Shown: positions 24,241 to 32,000, counted from the stretch's first letter. The stretch: 32,000 nucleotides of DNA from Geobacter sulfurreducens PCA (GCF_000007985.2 NC_002939.5:420001-452000); one strand, 5' to 3'. Notes: generated by a model not told the origin, from the letters alone. Numbers and translations are program-made.

Positions 24241-25558
24241 AATCGATCTTTCCCGCTATCTCTCCGCCGTGGATGCCATGAAGCCGATCCGGTTCCACGG
24301 CAAGGTGACCCAGGTAGTGGGGCTCGTCATTGAGGGATTCTGCCCCGATGCGGCGGTCGGTACACTCTGTCTCGTCCACCCCAATGACGGTGATCCCATC
24401 CCGGCCGAGGTGGTCGGCTTCCGCGACAACAAGACGCTGCTGATGCCGCTTGGGGAGCTGCGCGGGGTGGGGCTCGGCAGCCTTATCTCGGTGAAGCGGA
24501 AAAAGGCTTCGCTCGGCGTGGGGCCGGGGCTGCTGGGACGTGTTATCGACGGACTCGGAGTGCCCATAGACGATAAGGGTCCCCTGGCCATCCGCGAAGA
24601 GTACCCTATCTACGCCAATCCGGTGAACCCCATGAAGCGGCGGCCGATCCGCCAGCCTCTGGATCTGGGCATCCGGGCGATCAATGCGCTGCTCACCTGC
24701 GGCGAGGGGCAGCGTGTCGGAATCATGGCCGGGTCCGGTGTCGGAAAGTCGACACTGCTGGGAATGATCGCCCGCTATACCGAGGCGGACGTGAACGTCA
24801 TCGCCCTCATTGGTGAGCGGGGGCGCGAACTGCGTGAATTCATCGAGAAGGACCTCCAGGAGGAGGGACTCAAGAAGTCAGTGGTCGTGGTGGCCACCTC
24901 CGATCAGCCTCCGCTGGTCCGGATGCGGGGCGCCTACATCGCCACCACCATTGCTGAGTATTTCCAGGCCCAGGGGAAGAAGGTGCTGCTGATGATGGAC
25001 TCGGCCACCCGCTTTGCCATGGCCATGCGTGAGGTAGGGCTTGCCATCGGCGAGCCGCCCACCACCAAGGGATACACGCCGTCGGTCTTTGCGGCGCTGC
25101 CCAAGCTTCTGGAGCGGACCGGCAGCTTTCTGGACGGAAGCATCACCGGCCTCTACACGGTGCTCGTTGAGGGGGATGATTTCAACGAACCGATCTCGGA
25201 TGCCATGCGGAGCATCCTGGACGGCCACATCGTCCTGAACCGCGAGCTTGCGGCCCGGGCCATCTATCCTCCCCTGGATATCCTGGCCAGCGCCTCCCGG
25301 GTCATGAACGACGTGACCGAGCGAAGCCAGCAGCAGTTCGCCTCCCGGTTCAAGGAGCTGCTCGCCGCCTACCGCCAGGCCGAGGACCTGATCAATATCG
25401 GTGCCTACAAGCCGGGATCGAACCCGACCATCGACTATGCCATCGCCAAGATGGACGGCATGATCAATTTCATCCGCCAGGGAATCCACGACGGGGTTTC
25501 CATGGAGCAGTCGATAGCGGAGCTTGCCGATATCTTTGATGAGGGGATGGCACTCTGA
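24233..25558 (+). CDS. fliI: Flagellum-specific ATPase FliI
   Basis: ORF 23987-25558 trimmed to the ATG at 24233 (MSRIDLSRYL), which overlaps the fliH stop. Walker A is GSGVGKST. It has F1/T3SS-ATPase-like motifs. Confidence 0.95.
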   Translation: MSRIDLSRYLSAVDAMKPIRFHGKVTQVVGLVIEGFCPDAAVGTLCLVHPNDGDPIPAEVVGFRDNKTLLMPLGELRGVGLGSLISVKRKKASLGVGPGLLGRVIDGLGVPIDDKGPLAIREEYPIYANPVNPMKRRPIRQPLDLGIRAINALLTCGEGQRVGIMAGSGVGKSTLLGMIARYTEADVNVIALIGERGRELREFIEKDLQEEGLKKSVVVVATSDQPPLVRMRGAYIATTIAEYFQAQGKKVLLMMDSATRFAMAMREVGLAIGEPPTTKGYTPSVFAALPKLLERTGSFLDGSITGLYTVLVEGDDFNEPISDAMRSILDGHIVLNRELAARAIYPPLDILASASRVMNDVTERSQQQFASRFKELLAAYRQAEDLINIGAYKPGSNPTIDYAIAKMDGMINFIRQGIHDGVSMEQSIAELADIFDEGMAL

Positions 25559-25617
25559 TTGCAAAAGGAATGGCAGGGGGAAATTTCTCCTGAAACCGCA
25601 ATGTTCCGGAGCTCGTC

Positions 25618-26058
25618 ATGACGCACAAGCACGGCTTTCAATTACAGCAGGTTCTCAACTACCGGAAGGAAGTGGAAAAGGTCAAAAAGCTGGAGTTCGC
25701 CACGGCCCGGCACGAGTTCGAACATGCCACCGACGTGCTGAGCCGGCACGAGGCCGAGGCTGACCGCGCCCGGGTTGAGTACAACAACAAACAGGCGGCC
25801 GGCACCACGGCCAATGAGCTGCAGCTCTACGCGGACTTCTTCGCGCGCAAGCACATGGATATCCAGTTCCAGCGGATCGAAGTGGACAACTTGAACCGGA
25901 AGATGAGCGAGAAGCGCGAGGATCTCATGGACGCCGCCAAGGACAAGAAGGCGCTTGAGCTCCTCAAGGAGAAGCAGATGCTTGCCTTCCGCCGGGAGAT
26001 GGCCGAGCGCGAGCGGGCTTTTCTGGACGAAATGGCGCTGCAGAAGGTTGCACGGTAA
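25618..26058 (+). CDS. fliJ: Flagellar export chaperone FliJ
   Basis: 146-aa all-coiled-coil protein in the canonical position after fliI. Confidence 0.8.
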   Translation: MTHKHGFQLQQVLNYRKEVEKVKKLEFATARHEFEHATDVLSRHEAEADRARVEYNNKQAAGTTANELQLYADFFARKHMDIQFQRIEVDNLNRKMSEKREDLMDAAKDKKALELLKEKQMLAFRREMAERERAFLDEMALQKVAR

Positions 26059-26582
26059 TGAAGAAGTCGCTTTTGGCAACGGTTATGGTGATGTCGGGAG
26101 TGCTCTTCCTGGCTCCGCCGGTATCCGCGCCGCCCGCCGGTGCCCAGCCGGCGGCCGGCGAGCCCCAGGCCCCTGCGGCAGCGGCAGCGGGCAAGAGTGT
26201 TGTCGGCGAGATGGCCCTGGTGGAGGCCAAGCGCCAGCAGCTGGCGGCCCGTGAGGCGGCTCTGGCCGTGAAGGAACAGGAGCTGAAGAATCTTTCGGCC
26301 AAGCTCGAAGCCCGGGTGAAGGAGTTGGAGTCGGCCAAGGCGGCCCTGGATCGTTCCCTTGATGCCCGCAAAAAGGTACAGAGCGCCAACTACCAGAAGA
26401 TGCTCAAGGTGTACAAGGCCCTCAAGCCCGCCGAGGCGGCGCAACTCCTCGACAAGATGGATGAGGGAGAGGTTCTCGAGATTCTGAACGAGATGGACCA
26501 GAAACGCGTTGCCAAGCTCCTGCCGCTGATGAAGCAGGAACGGGCGCTGCGCTGGACCCGCCACAGCCTGGCGGCCAAGTAG
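26058..26582 (+). CDS. YlxF/MotE-like protein (MgtE_N-like C-terminal domain), secreted
   Basis: 174 aa with a TAATG overlap with fliJ. Signal peptide MKKSLLATVMVMSGVLFLAPPVSA, then a Pro/Ala-rich segment and a coiled coil. The C-terminus is KPAEAAQLLDKMDEGEVLEILNEMDQKRVAKLLPLM. Confidence 0.65.
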   Translation: MKKSLLATVMVMSGVLFLAPPVSAPPAGAQPAAGEPQAPAAAAAGKSVVGEMALVEAKRQQLAAREAALAVKEQELKNLSAKLEARVKELESAKAALDRSLDARKKVQSANYQKMLKVYKALKPAEAAQLLDKMDEGEVLEILNEMDQKRVAKLLPLMKQERALRWTRHSLAAK

Positions 26583-26636
26583 ACGTACGAAGCAAGAGGC
26601 GGGAAGGCACGGAATGCCGCTCGCCGCACCAGTCAG

Positions 26637-26707
26637 GACGCACGGACGCACTATGCACCACCGGCAGCAATGCCGTGACAGGTTGCGTCCGTGCGTCGTT
26701 TTGTTTG
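26637..26707 (+). terminator. Compound stem-loop with T-tract (terminator or attenuator) before fliK
   Basis: Perfect 14-bp stem GACGCACGGACGCA (26637-26650) / TGCGTCCGTGCGTC (26684-26697). It encloses an inner hairpin CGGCA-GCAA-TGCCG and is followed by GTTTTGTTTG. Confidence 0.65.
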
Positions 26708-26795
26708 AGAGTCAGTTCCTTGACAACTGAATAGCTTGGCATTAGGAAGCGCTCTCTGCAGCGTTTCCATCCCACACGAAAGGAGGTGAACACGT

Positions 26796-28235
26796 ATGGA
26801 AATCATGCAGTTGCTCCAGATTGCCCCGCAGGTCGTACCGACCGGCGGAATCCCGTCTGAAGCCCCTGCCCAGCCTGCCGGCGACGACAGTCTCTTCGCC
26901 TCGCTCTTTGCCGGGTTGCTCATGCCACCCATCACGACGAACGCAGCCACTCAGGAAGTACCGGATGCGTCGAGCGAGTCCCTTGAGAATGCCGCCCGGA
27001 ACCAGGACCAGGAGAATCCTCCCGCCACCGATGCAACCCTGGCAAGCCTGGTTCCTCCCATCCCGCTCCCTCTGCCCGCAGAGGCCGCACCCGCACCGGA
27101 ATCCACTGCCTCTTCGTCCGGAACGGCAGCGGCGGCGCCCGTTGCGCCGGTTTCGTCTCCGGTCACCACGACCGTGGCCGAGCCGCCCGCATCGACCATG
27201 CCCCACGCCATGGCGCAGACCGCGCCGACGGAAGCGCCGGTTGCAGCCGCTTCTTCCGTCCCGGCCGGACAAACCGCAGCGGTTGCTGACGCAGGCGCGG
27301 CGGAAAAACCGGTGGAGGTGCTGAACGTTGCCGTCGAACGGACCCCGGTCCGCCAGGCGGGAGCCGATATCCTCCCTGAAGCGGAGCAGTCGCCACAGTC
27401 CGTCGGCATGACGGAGGAGGCGACCGCGGAAACCCGTTCTCCGGTGCGCACCATGGGGCCAACCGCTGCCTATCCCGATCGGATACCCGTCAGGCATGCG
27501 GAAGGTATTCCGGCAGGCAAGGCCGACACTGTCAACCCGGTCGAACCCAGGTCCGCTGAAGTCCGGGCTGACGCAACAACCGGGAGTCAGGTCAAGGCGC
27601 TGGACGTGGAAGTGACCGTCAGGGACGGCTCAGGCGAGCAGCACTTCGCCGAAGGCCACGAACAGGCGTTCACCGGCAAGGAGTCCGCGGCGATGAAGGA
27701 TGTCGTCTCCGGACATGCTACTCACGAGGCGGGCAAGAGCACTACCGCCCAACCGACCGAAACCAGATCGACGTCGGAGTCGTCACATTCGCTCCGCGAC
27801 AGCATCATGGCCCAGGTTCGGGATGCCGTCACGACCCGTGAGCCCAACGGCAACGGCCGGATCAGCATCAGGCTCAACCCGGTGGAACTAGGTGAGCTCA
27901 CGATCAACGTCCGGGTGGCTGACCAGCAGGTTAAGGTGGATGTAGTGGCGGCCAATGGCCAGGTAAGGGACATTCTCCTCAACAACCTCGACAACCTGAA
28001 GGAGAATTTCTCCCGCCAGAACCTGACCATGACCGGTTTCGACGTCTCAACCGGCACCGGCCAGGGGTTCGAGCACCAGCTCTTCCGCGAGGGGGGGCAG
28101 GCAGGCCAGGGGGGAACCCATTTCTCCTTCTCCCGCGGTGACGACCTCGATGGGGACATCCAAGCCGCAGTGGAGGACACGCGACGCTACGTTACGGACC
28201 GGCGTGAAAACGGCCTCGTCGACGTGAGGCTCTGA
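26796..28235 (+). CDS. fliK: Flagellar hook-length control protein FliK
   Basis: 479 aa with AAAGGAGGTG upstream. A long Pro/Ala/Thr-rich region precedes the C-terminal Flg_hook domain ISIRLNPVELGELTINVRVADQQVKVDVVAANGQVRD. Confidence 0.85.
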   Translation: MEIMQLLQIAPQVVPTGGIPSEAPAQPAGDDSLFASLFAGLLMPPITTNAATQEVPDASSESLENAARNQDQENPPATDATLASLVPPIPLPLPAEAAPAPESTASSSGTAAAAPVAPVSSPVTTTVAEPPASTMPHAMAQTAPTEAPVAAASSVPAGQTAAVADAGAAEKPVEVLNVAVERTPVRQAGADILPEAEQSPQSVGMTEEATAETRSPVRTMGPTAAYPDRIPVRHAEGIPAGKADTVNPVEPRSAEVRADATTGSQVKALDVEVTVRDGSGEQHFAEGHEQAFTGKESAAMKDVVSGHATHEAGKSTTAQPTETRSTSESSHSLRDSIMAQVRDAVTTREPNGNGRISIRLNPVELGELTINVRVADQQVKVDVVAANGQVRDILLNNLDNLKENFSRQNLTMTGFDVSTGTGQGFEHQLFREGGQAGQGGTHFSFSRGDDLDGDIQAAVEDTRRYVTDRRENGLVDVRL

Positions 28236-28259
28236 CAGAAGGAAAGGAGGTACAACAAC

Positions 28260-28916
28260 GTGGTATACGGCGTAACCAATGACACCGCGGCGGCCGCAGC
28301 GGCCATGAAGAAGTCCACCGGCATGAACAAGGACGACTTCCTCAAGCTGTTCGTTACGCAACTCCAGAATCAGGACCCGCTCAATCCCCAGGACAGCACG
28401 GAGTTCATCGGGCAGCTGGCACAACTTACCCAGGTCGAACAGGCCTACAACACCAACAGCAACCTCTCTAATCTTCTCAACCTCGTGAACGGGGCAACGA
28501 GCCTCTCGGCGGTCTCGTTTATCGGCAAGGAGATCACTGCCAGCGGTGACCTGATCAAGCTCACCAGCGGCACCCAGCCTACCTTGGGCTACCGGCTTCC
28601 CGCCACCGCCCAGAAGGTGACCATCAAGATAATGGATGACACCGACACCGTTGTCAGGACCCTGACTCTGGGAGGCACCCAGGCGGGAGACGGCTCCATA
28701 ACGTGGGACGGCAAGGACGAAAAAGGAAATGCGCTTCCGGATGGACGCTACACCTTCTCCGTCACGGGAACCAACGCCGAAGGAAAGGACTTCGACGGAG
28801 CACCGCTGCTCCTCGGCCGGGCCGAAGGGGTCATGTTGGAAGGGGAGGAACCCTACATCACCATCGGCGGCATTAACGTGCCGCTCGGCAACATACTCTC
28901 TGTGAAAGGAGCGTGA
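28260..28916 (+). CDS. flgD: Flagellar hook assembly (capping) protein FlgD
   Basis: 218 aa with a GTG start 9 nt after AAGGAGG (28244-28250). It has KDDFLKLFVTQLQNQDPLNP and a FlgD Ig-like C-terminal part. Confidence 0.9.
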   Translation: MVYGVTNDTAAAAAAMKKSTGMNKDDFLKLFVTQLQNQDPLNPQDSTEFIGQLAQLTQVEQAYNTNSNLSNLLNLVNGATSLSAVSFIGKEITASGDLIKLTSGTQPTLGYRLPATAQKVTIKIMDDTDTVVRTLTLGGTQAGDGSITWDGKDEKGNALPDGRYTFSVTGTNAEGKDFDGAPLLLGRAEGVMLEGEEPYITIGGINVPLGNILSVKGA

Positions 28917-28923
28917 TTCAGGG

Positions 28924-29310
28924 ATGATTGATTCCATCTATTTCCCCGAACCGCTTCCCATCAACCCGGGTCGCTCGCAGTCGCAACCCCAGCCGGCACA
29001 ACCGGCCGGCAAGCAGGGCGAGTTTGCCAGGATTCTCGACGGCAAGCTTCCGACCCAGGAGGTGAAGTTCTCGAGTCATGCCCAGCAGCGGCTCCAGTCT
29101 CGGGGAATCACCTTCAGCGATACAGACCTGAAACGGCTGGAAGGAGCCGTGGAGAGCGTGGCCCAGAAGGGGGGCCGTGAGTCGCTCATCATGCTCGGCG
29201 ACGCAGCCCTCGTGGTGAGTGTCAGAAACCGGACAGTCATCACGGCCATGGATCGGGCAAGCATGCAGGGAAACGTATTCACCAACATTGATTCGGCAGT
29301 GATCATCTAG
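28924..29310 (+). CDS. Small conserved flagellar-operon protein of unknown function (TIGR02530-like)
   Basis: 128 aa. The core FSSHAQQRLQSRGITFSDTDLKRLEGAV..LIMLGDAALVVSVRNRTVITAMD matches my memory of the family found between flgD and flgE in Firmicutes, spirochetes and deltaproteobacteria. Confidence 0.6.
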   Translation: MIDSIYFPEPLPINPGRSQSQPQPAQPAGKQGEFARILDGKLPTQEVKFSSHAQQRLQSRGITFSDTDLKRLEGAVESVAQKGGRESLIMLGDAALVVSVRNRTVITAMDRASMQGNVFTNIDSAVII

Positions 29311-29472
29311 GAAACGGTAACCAGGGATCGGGAACCTGAACGAGCAGGGAAGAAACGAGCAACGCATAATGGGCCGGACCTTCACGGGGGCCCATGGGAC
29401 GCCGACCGACCGAGGCGTTCCAGTCAACCCGGGCGGCAGCCGGAGCGCTGTCGCACCCACGGAGGCATATCA

Positions 29473-30732
29473 ATGAGCGTAACATCCGCACTGTACACCG
29501 GCATCAGCGGTCTCAACGCCAACGGCGAGGCCATGTCCGTCATCGGCAACAACATTTCCAACGTCAACACCATCGGCTTTAAGCAGGGCCGGATGCTCTT
29601 CTCGGACGTCCTCTCCAGCACCATCAGCGGCGGGTCCCAGATCGGCCGCGGCGTCCAGATCCAGACAGTGGAGAATCAGTTCACCCAGGGCTCCTTCGAG
29701 AGCACCGAGAGCGGTACCGACCTGGCCATCCAGGGCGATTCCTTCTTCGTGGTCCAGAACACCAGCGGCCGCTACTATACCCGCGCCGGCGCCTTCTCCT
29801 TCAATAAGGACAAGACCCTGGTGAATCCGGAGGGATATCAGGTCATGGGGTACGGCATCATTCCCTCGTCGGGACTTTCCGACGGCGTGCTCAAGCCCAT
29901 CGATCTGACCAACTTTGCCACCACTCCGCCGAAGCAGACTTCCACCGTCAAGTTCGTGGTGAACCTGGACTCCACCCAGACCACGCCGACCCTGGCGTGG
30001 GACCCCGCAAACCCGGTTGCCACGTCCAACTACTCGACCAGCCTGTCGGTCTACGATTCCCAGGGCAATGCCCACACCGCCACGGTGTATTTCCGCAAGA
30101 CCGCCGACAACGCATGGGACTGGCACGTCATCCTCCCCGATGCCGCGGCAGGCACGCCGGGCAGCACCACTACCCCCATCGACGGGACCCTCACCTTCGA
30201 TGCCACCGGAGCCCTCACCGCCCAGACTCCCCTGGCCGGCGCGGCCCAGAACATCACCTTCGCGGGCGGCGTCACCGCACCCCAGCCGATCTTCTTCGAC
30301 CTGGGAGTCGGCGCTACCACCCAGTACGCCAGCTCGTCGGTGGTTTCTTCCCAGACCCAGGACGGCTACTACCAGGGCACCCTCACCAAGGTAACCATCG
30401 ATGACAAGGGATACGTGAACGGCGTGTACTCCAACGGCCAGCTTCAGAAGCTCTACCAGGTGGCCCTGGCCAAGTTCTCCTCCACGGCCGGCCTGTCCAA
30501 GGCGGGTGGCACCCTCTTCGAGGAGACCCTCGAGTCGGGACAGCCCCTGTTCTCCGACGCCAGCACCCCCGGCGTCGGCAAGATCCTCGCCAACTCCCTG
30601 GAGCAGTCCAACGTTGACATGGCGGCCCAGTTCGTCAAAATGATCACCACCCAGCGTGGCTACTCCGCCAACTCCAAGACGATCACCACGGCCGACGAGA
30701 TGCTGCAGGAAGTGCTCAGTCTCAAGCGGTAA
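29473..30732 (+). CDS. flgE: Flagellar hook protein FlgE
   Basis: 419 aa. N-terminus is ALYTGISGLNANGEAMSVIGNNISNVNTIGFK. C-terminus is LEQSNVDMAAQFVKMITTQRGYSANSKTITTADEMLQEV. Confidence 0.95.
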   Translation: MSVTSALYTGISGLNANGEAMSVIGNNISNVNTIGFKQGRMLFSDVLSSTISGGSQIGRGVQIQTVENQFTQGSFESTESGTDLAIQGDSFFVVQNTSGRYYTRAGAFSFNKDKTLVNPEGYQVMGYGIIPSSGLSDGVLKPIDLTNFATTPPKQTSTVKFVVNLDSTQTTPTLAWDPANPVATSNYSTSLSVYDSQGNAHTATVYFRKTADNAWDWHVILPDAAAGTPGSTTTPIDGTLTFDATGALTAQTPLAGAAQNITFAGGVTAPQPIFFDLGVGATTQYASSSVVSSQTQDGYYQGTLTKVTIDDKGYVNGVYSNGQLQKLYQVALAKFSSTAGLSKAGGTLFEETLESGQPLFSDASTPGVGKILANSLEQSNVDMAAQFVKMITTQRGYSANSKTITTADEMLQEVLSLKR

Positions 30733-30744
30733 CCAGTAACTGAC

Positions 30745-30804
30745 CGTCCGGCGGGGAGGGGAACACCCCCCCTTCTCCGCCGGACGTAGTGTTTTGGTGT
30801 CTTT
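30745..30804 (+). terminator. Rho-independent terminator after flgE
   Basis: CGTCCGGCGG..(GGGG-AACA-CCCC)..CCGCCGGACG forms a long GC-rich hairpin (30745-30786), followed by the T-rich GTTTTGGTGTCTTT. Confidence 0.8.
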
Positions 30805-31028
30805 CGGCGATTGTCGTTTTTTTGACAAGTCGCTGGTCATCGTGCAGTGAACGACAGTGTTCAGTATCTCCCGCCGCTGAATCTTTGCCTGATTTGTCAA
30901 AAGTCCGACGTGGCCGCACCCGTCAAGGGTGAACGCCGTGTCTCGCCTCTCGTACGTTTCTTCGCATTAGTTCTCAATATCATGATGTTTTTTTACGTAG
31001 GACTCCATTGATGCGACAACGCCGTTTC

Positions 31029-31044
31029 TGGCATTTCGGTTGCA
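31029..31044 (+). promoter_or_regulatory. Sigma-54-type promoter of the fliL-fliM operon
   Basis: TGGCAT-TTCGG-TTGCA is a near-perfect match to TGGCAC-N5-TTGCA. It lies 59 nt upstream of the fliL ATG. Confidence 0.75.
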
Positions 31045-31102
31045 ATAGCCGTATCGGTACGTAGAGTCCCAAGGATTTCAACCATACAGAAGGAGGAGTC
31101 TG

Positions 31103-31624
31103 ATGGCCGCGGACGAAAAGGCACCCGTCGAGGGTGCGCCAAAGGACAAGAAAAAGCTTTTCATCATCATCGGCGCGGCTGCCGTGGTGATTATCGCCCT
31201 GGCCGTTGTTTTCTTGGGCGGGGGCAAGAAAGAAAAAGGCAAGGAAGGCGAAGCTGAGGCCAAGGTCGAGCAGAAGGCCGAGGGCGGCCACGGCGGCGGC
31301 AAGGAAGGTGCGGCCGGGGCGGTTGCCACCGCGTTCGCGCTCGAGCCGTTCATCGTCAATATTTACGATGGCCAGGAGCTGCGCTATCTCCGGGTAAAGG
31401 TCGAGTTCGAAACCGCAACCCCGGACGCCAAGGCTGAGATAGAGTCCCGCCAGGCTCCCCTGCGCGACGCCATTCTGGTTCTGCTTACCACCAAGACCCT
31501 CCAGGACATCCAGGATCTGCAGGGGAAAAACCAGTTGCGGGATGAAATCCTCGTGGCGGCCAACAAGATTCTGCCTCCGGGCAAGGTAACCAAGGTCTAT
31601 TTCACCGATTTCGTGGTCCAGTAG
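31103..31624 (+). CDS. fliL: Flagellar basal body-associated protein FliL
   Basis: 173 aa with AGAAGGAGGAG upstream. Single TM, then a Lys/Glu/Gly-rich insert, then the FliL core FIVNIYDGQELRYLRVKVEFE .. VTKVYFTDFVVQ. Confidence 0.9.
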   Translation: MAADEKAPVEGAPKDKKKLFIIIGAAAVVIIALAVVFLGGGKKEKGKEGEAEAKVEQKAEGGHGGGKEGAAGAVATAFALEPFIVNIYDGQELRYLRVKVEFETATPDAKAEIESRQAPLRDAILVLLTTKTLQDIQDLQGKNQLRDEILVAANKILPPGKVTKVYFTDFVVQ

Positions 31625-31658
31625 CTGACAGGACGTCAAGGGAGGCAGAGGAATCTCC

Positions 31659-32000
31659 ATGGAGAAGATCCTCACCAAGCAAGAGATAGAGGCGCTGCTT
31701 GCCGCGGTATTCGAGGGGAAGATCGAACCCGACCGTGAGCTGGCAAAGGAGGAGGGCACCGTCCACTCCTACGACCTCTTCAACAGCGAAGCCCACAAGG
31801 GGCTCGTTCCCAACCTGGACATCATTTACGACGGCTTCATCCGCTATCAGCGGGGGACCCTGTCGAACCGGCTGGGGCGCATCGTCGAGATCAAGAAGCT
31901 CGGGGCCGGATCGTACAAGTTCGACGACTTCATCCAGACCCTCCCTTCACCGGTCTGCATGGCGATCTACAAGGCCGACCCGCTCAAGGGGGCGGCCCTG
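31659..32000 (+). CDS. fliM: Flagellar motor switch protein FliM (5' part, runs off the window)
   Basis: Not in the ORF track because the reading frame is open at the window end. My translation from the ATG at 31659 is MEKILTKQEIEALLAAVFEG..YDLFNSE..LDIIYDGFIRY... It contains the FliM N-terminal CheY-P-binding LxxxEI(D/E)ALL motif. AAGGGAGG is upstream. Confidence 0.85.
   Translation, partial: MEKILTKQEIEALLAAVFEGKIEPDRELAKEEGTVHSYDLFNSEAHKGLVPNLDIIYDGFIRYQRGTLSNRLGRIVEIKKLGAGSYKFDDFIQTLPSPVCMAIYKADPLKGAAL

Noticed and set aside
26737-26752. TGGCAT..GC sigma-54 look-alike upstream of fliK.
   Set aside because: The spacing is GG-N9-GC (or N11 using the next GC), not the rigid GG-N10-GC required by sigma-54 promoters.
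26880-27480. Pro/Ala/Thr-rich stretch of fliK (and similar stretches in the YlxF-like gene and the 16430-16590 acidic linker) considered as tandem DNA repeats.
   Set aside because: This is low-complexity coding sequence without a discernible repeating nucleotide unit. Such regions are usual in FliK and in linkers.
29470-30900. 476-aa minus-strand ORF antisense to flgE.
   Set aside because: It is a shadow ORF. It runs through the flgE terminator hairpin, and the product is a Gly/Arg/Val-rich repeat-like sequence with no family resemblance.
1-32000. Scan for CRISPR arrays, IS elements/transposase or integrase genes, tRNA/rRNA genes and toxin-antitoxin or defence-type gene pairs.
   Set aside because: I found no regularly spaced direct repeats, no terminal inverted repeats flanking recombinase-like ORFs, and no cloverleaf-like or rRNA-like sequences by eye. 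Every sizeable ORF is accounted for by the transport, chemotaxis or flagellar assignments.

Overview
GC-rich bacterial chromosomal window with almost all genes on the + strand. Gene content and order look Geobacter-like (Desulfuromonadales); that is from memory, since no search was possible. Contents left to right: (1) a DUF47/PhoU-like gene plus PiT phosphate transporter pair, and a convergent DUF2062 membrane gene. (2) A tightly packed run of nine + strand ORFs. It holds an outer-membrane factor, a periplasmic adaptor, an unlisted 47-aa single-TM ORF, an RND permease, a C_GCAxxG_C_C protein, a DUF2892 membrane protein, an MBL-fold hydrolase, a secreted rhodanese and an ArsR-family regulator. 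(3) Two tandem methyl-accepting chemotaxis proteins, a stand-alone bacteriohemerythrin, cheY, cheX, and a CheX-like/pseudo-receiver fusion. (4) A secreted beta-domain/TPR protein. (5) A flagellar cluster: flgB-flgC-fliE-fliF-fliG-fliH-fliI-fliJ, a YlxF/MotE-like gene, fliK, flgD, a small conserved ORF, flgE, fliL, and fliM truncated at the window end. I read sigma-54-type (-24/-12) and sigma-28-type (TAAA-N15-GCCGATAA) promoter matches and several hairpin terminators directly from the sequence. There is no CRISPR array, rRNA, tRNA or mobile element. The most interesting candidates are the RND pump apparently co-transcribed with a sulfur/thiol-redox module and ArsR regulator, the small TM ORF inside that pump operon, the CheX-like protein fused to a receiver lacking its phospho-Asp, the sigma-54-driven periplasmic TPR protein, and the hemerythrin behind a perfect sigma-28 promoter. 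All family assignments rest on motif recognition by eye and need HMM or BLAST confirmation.
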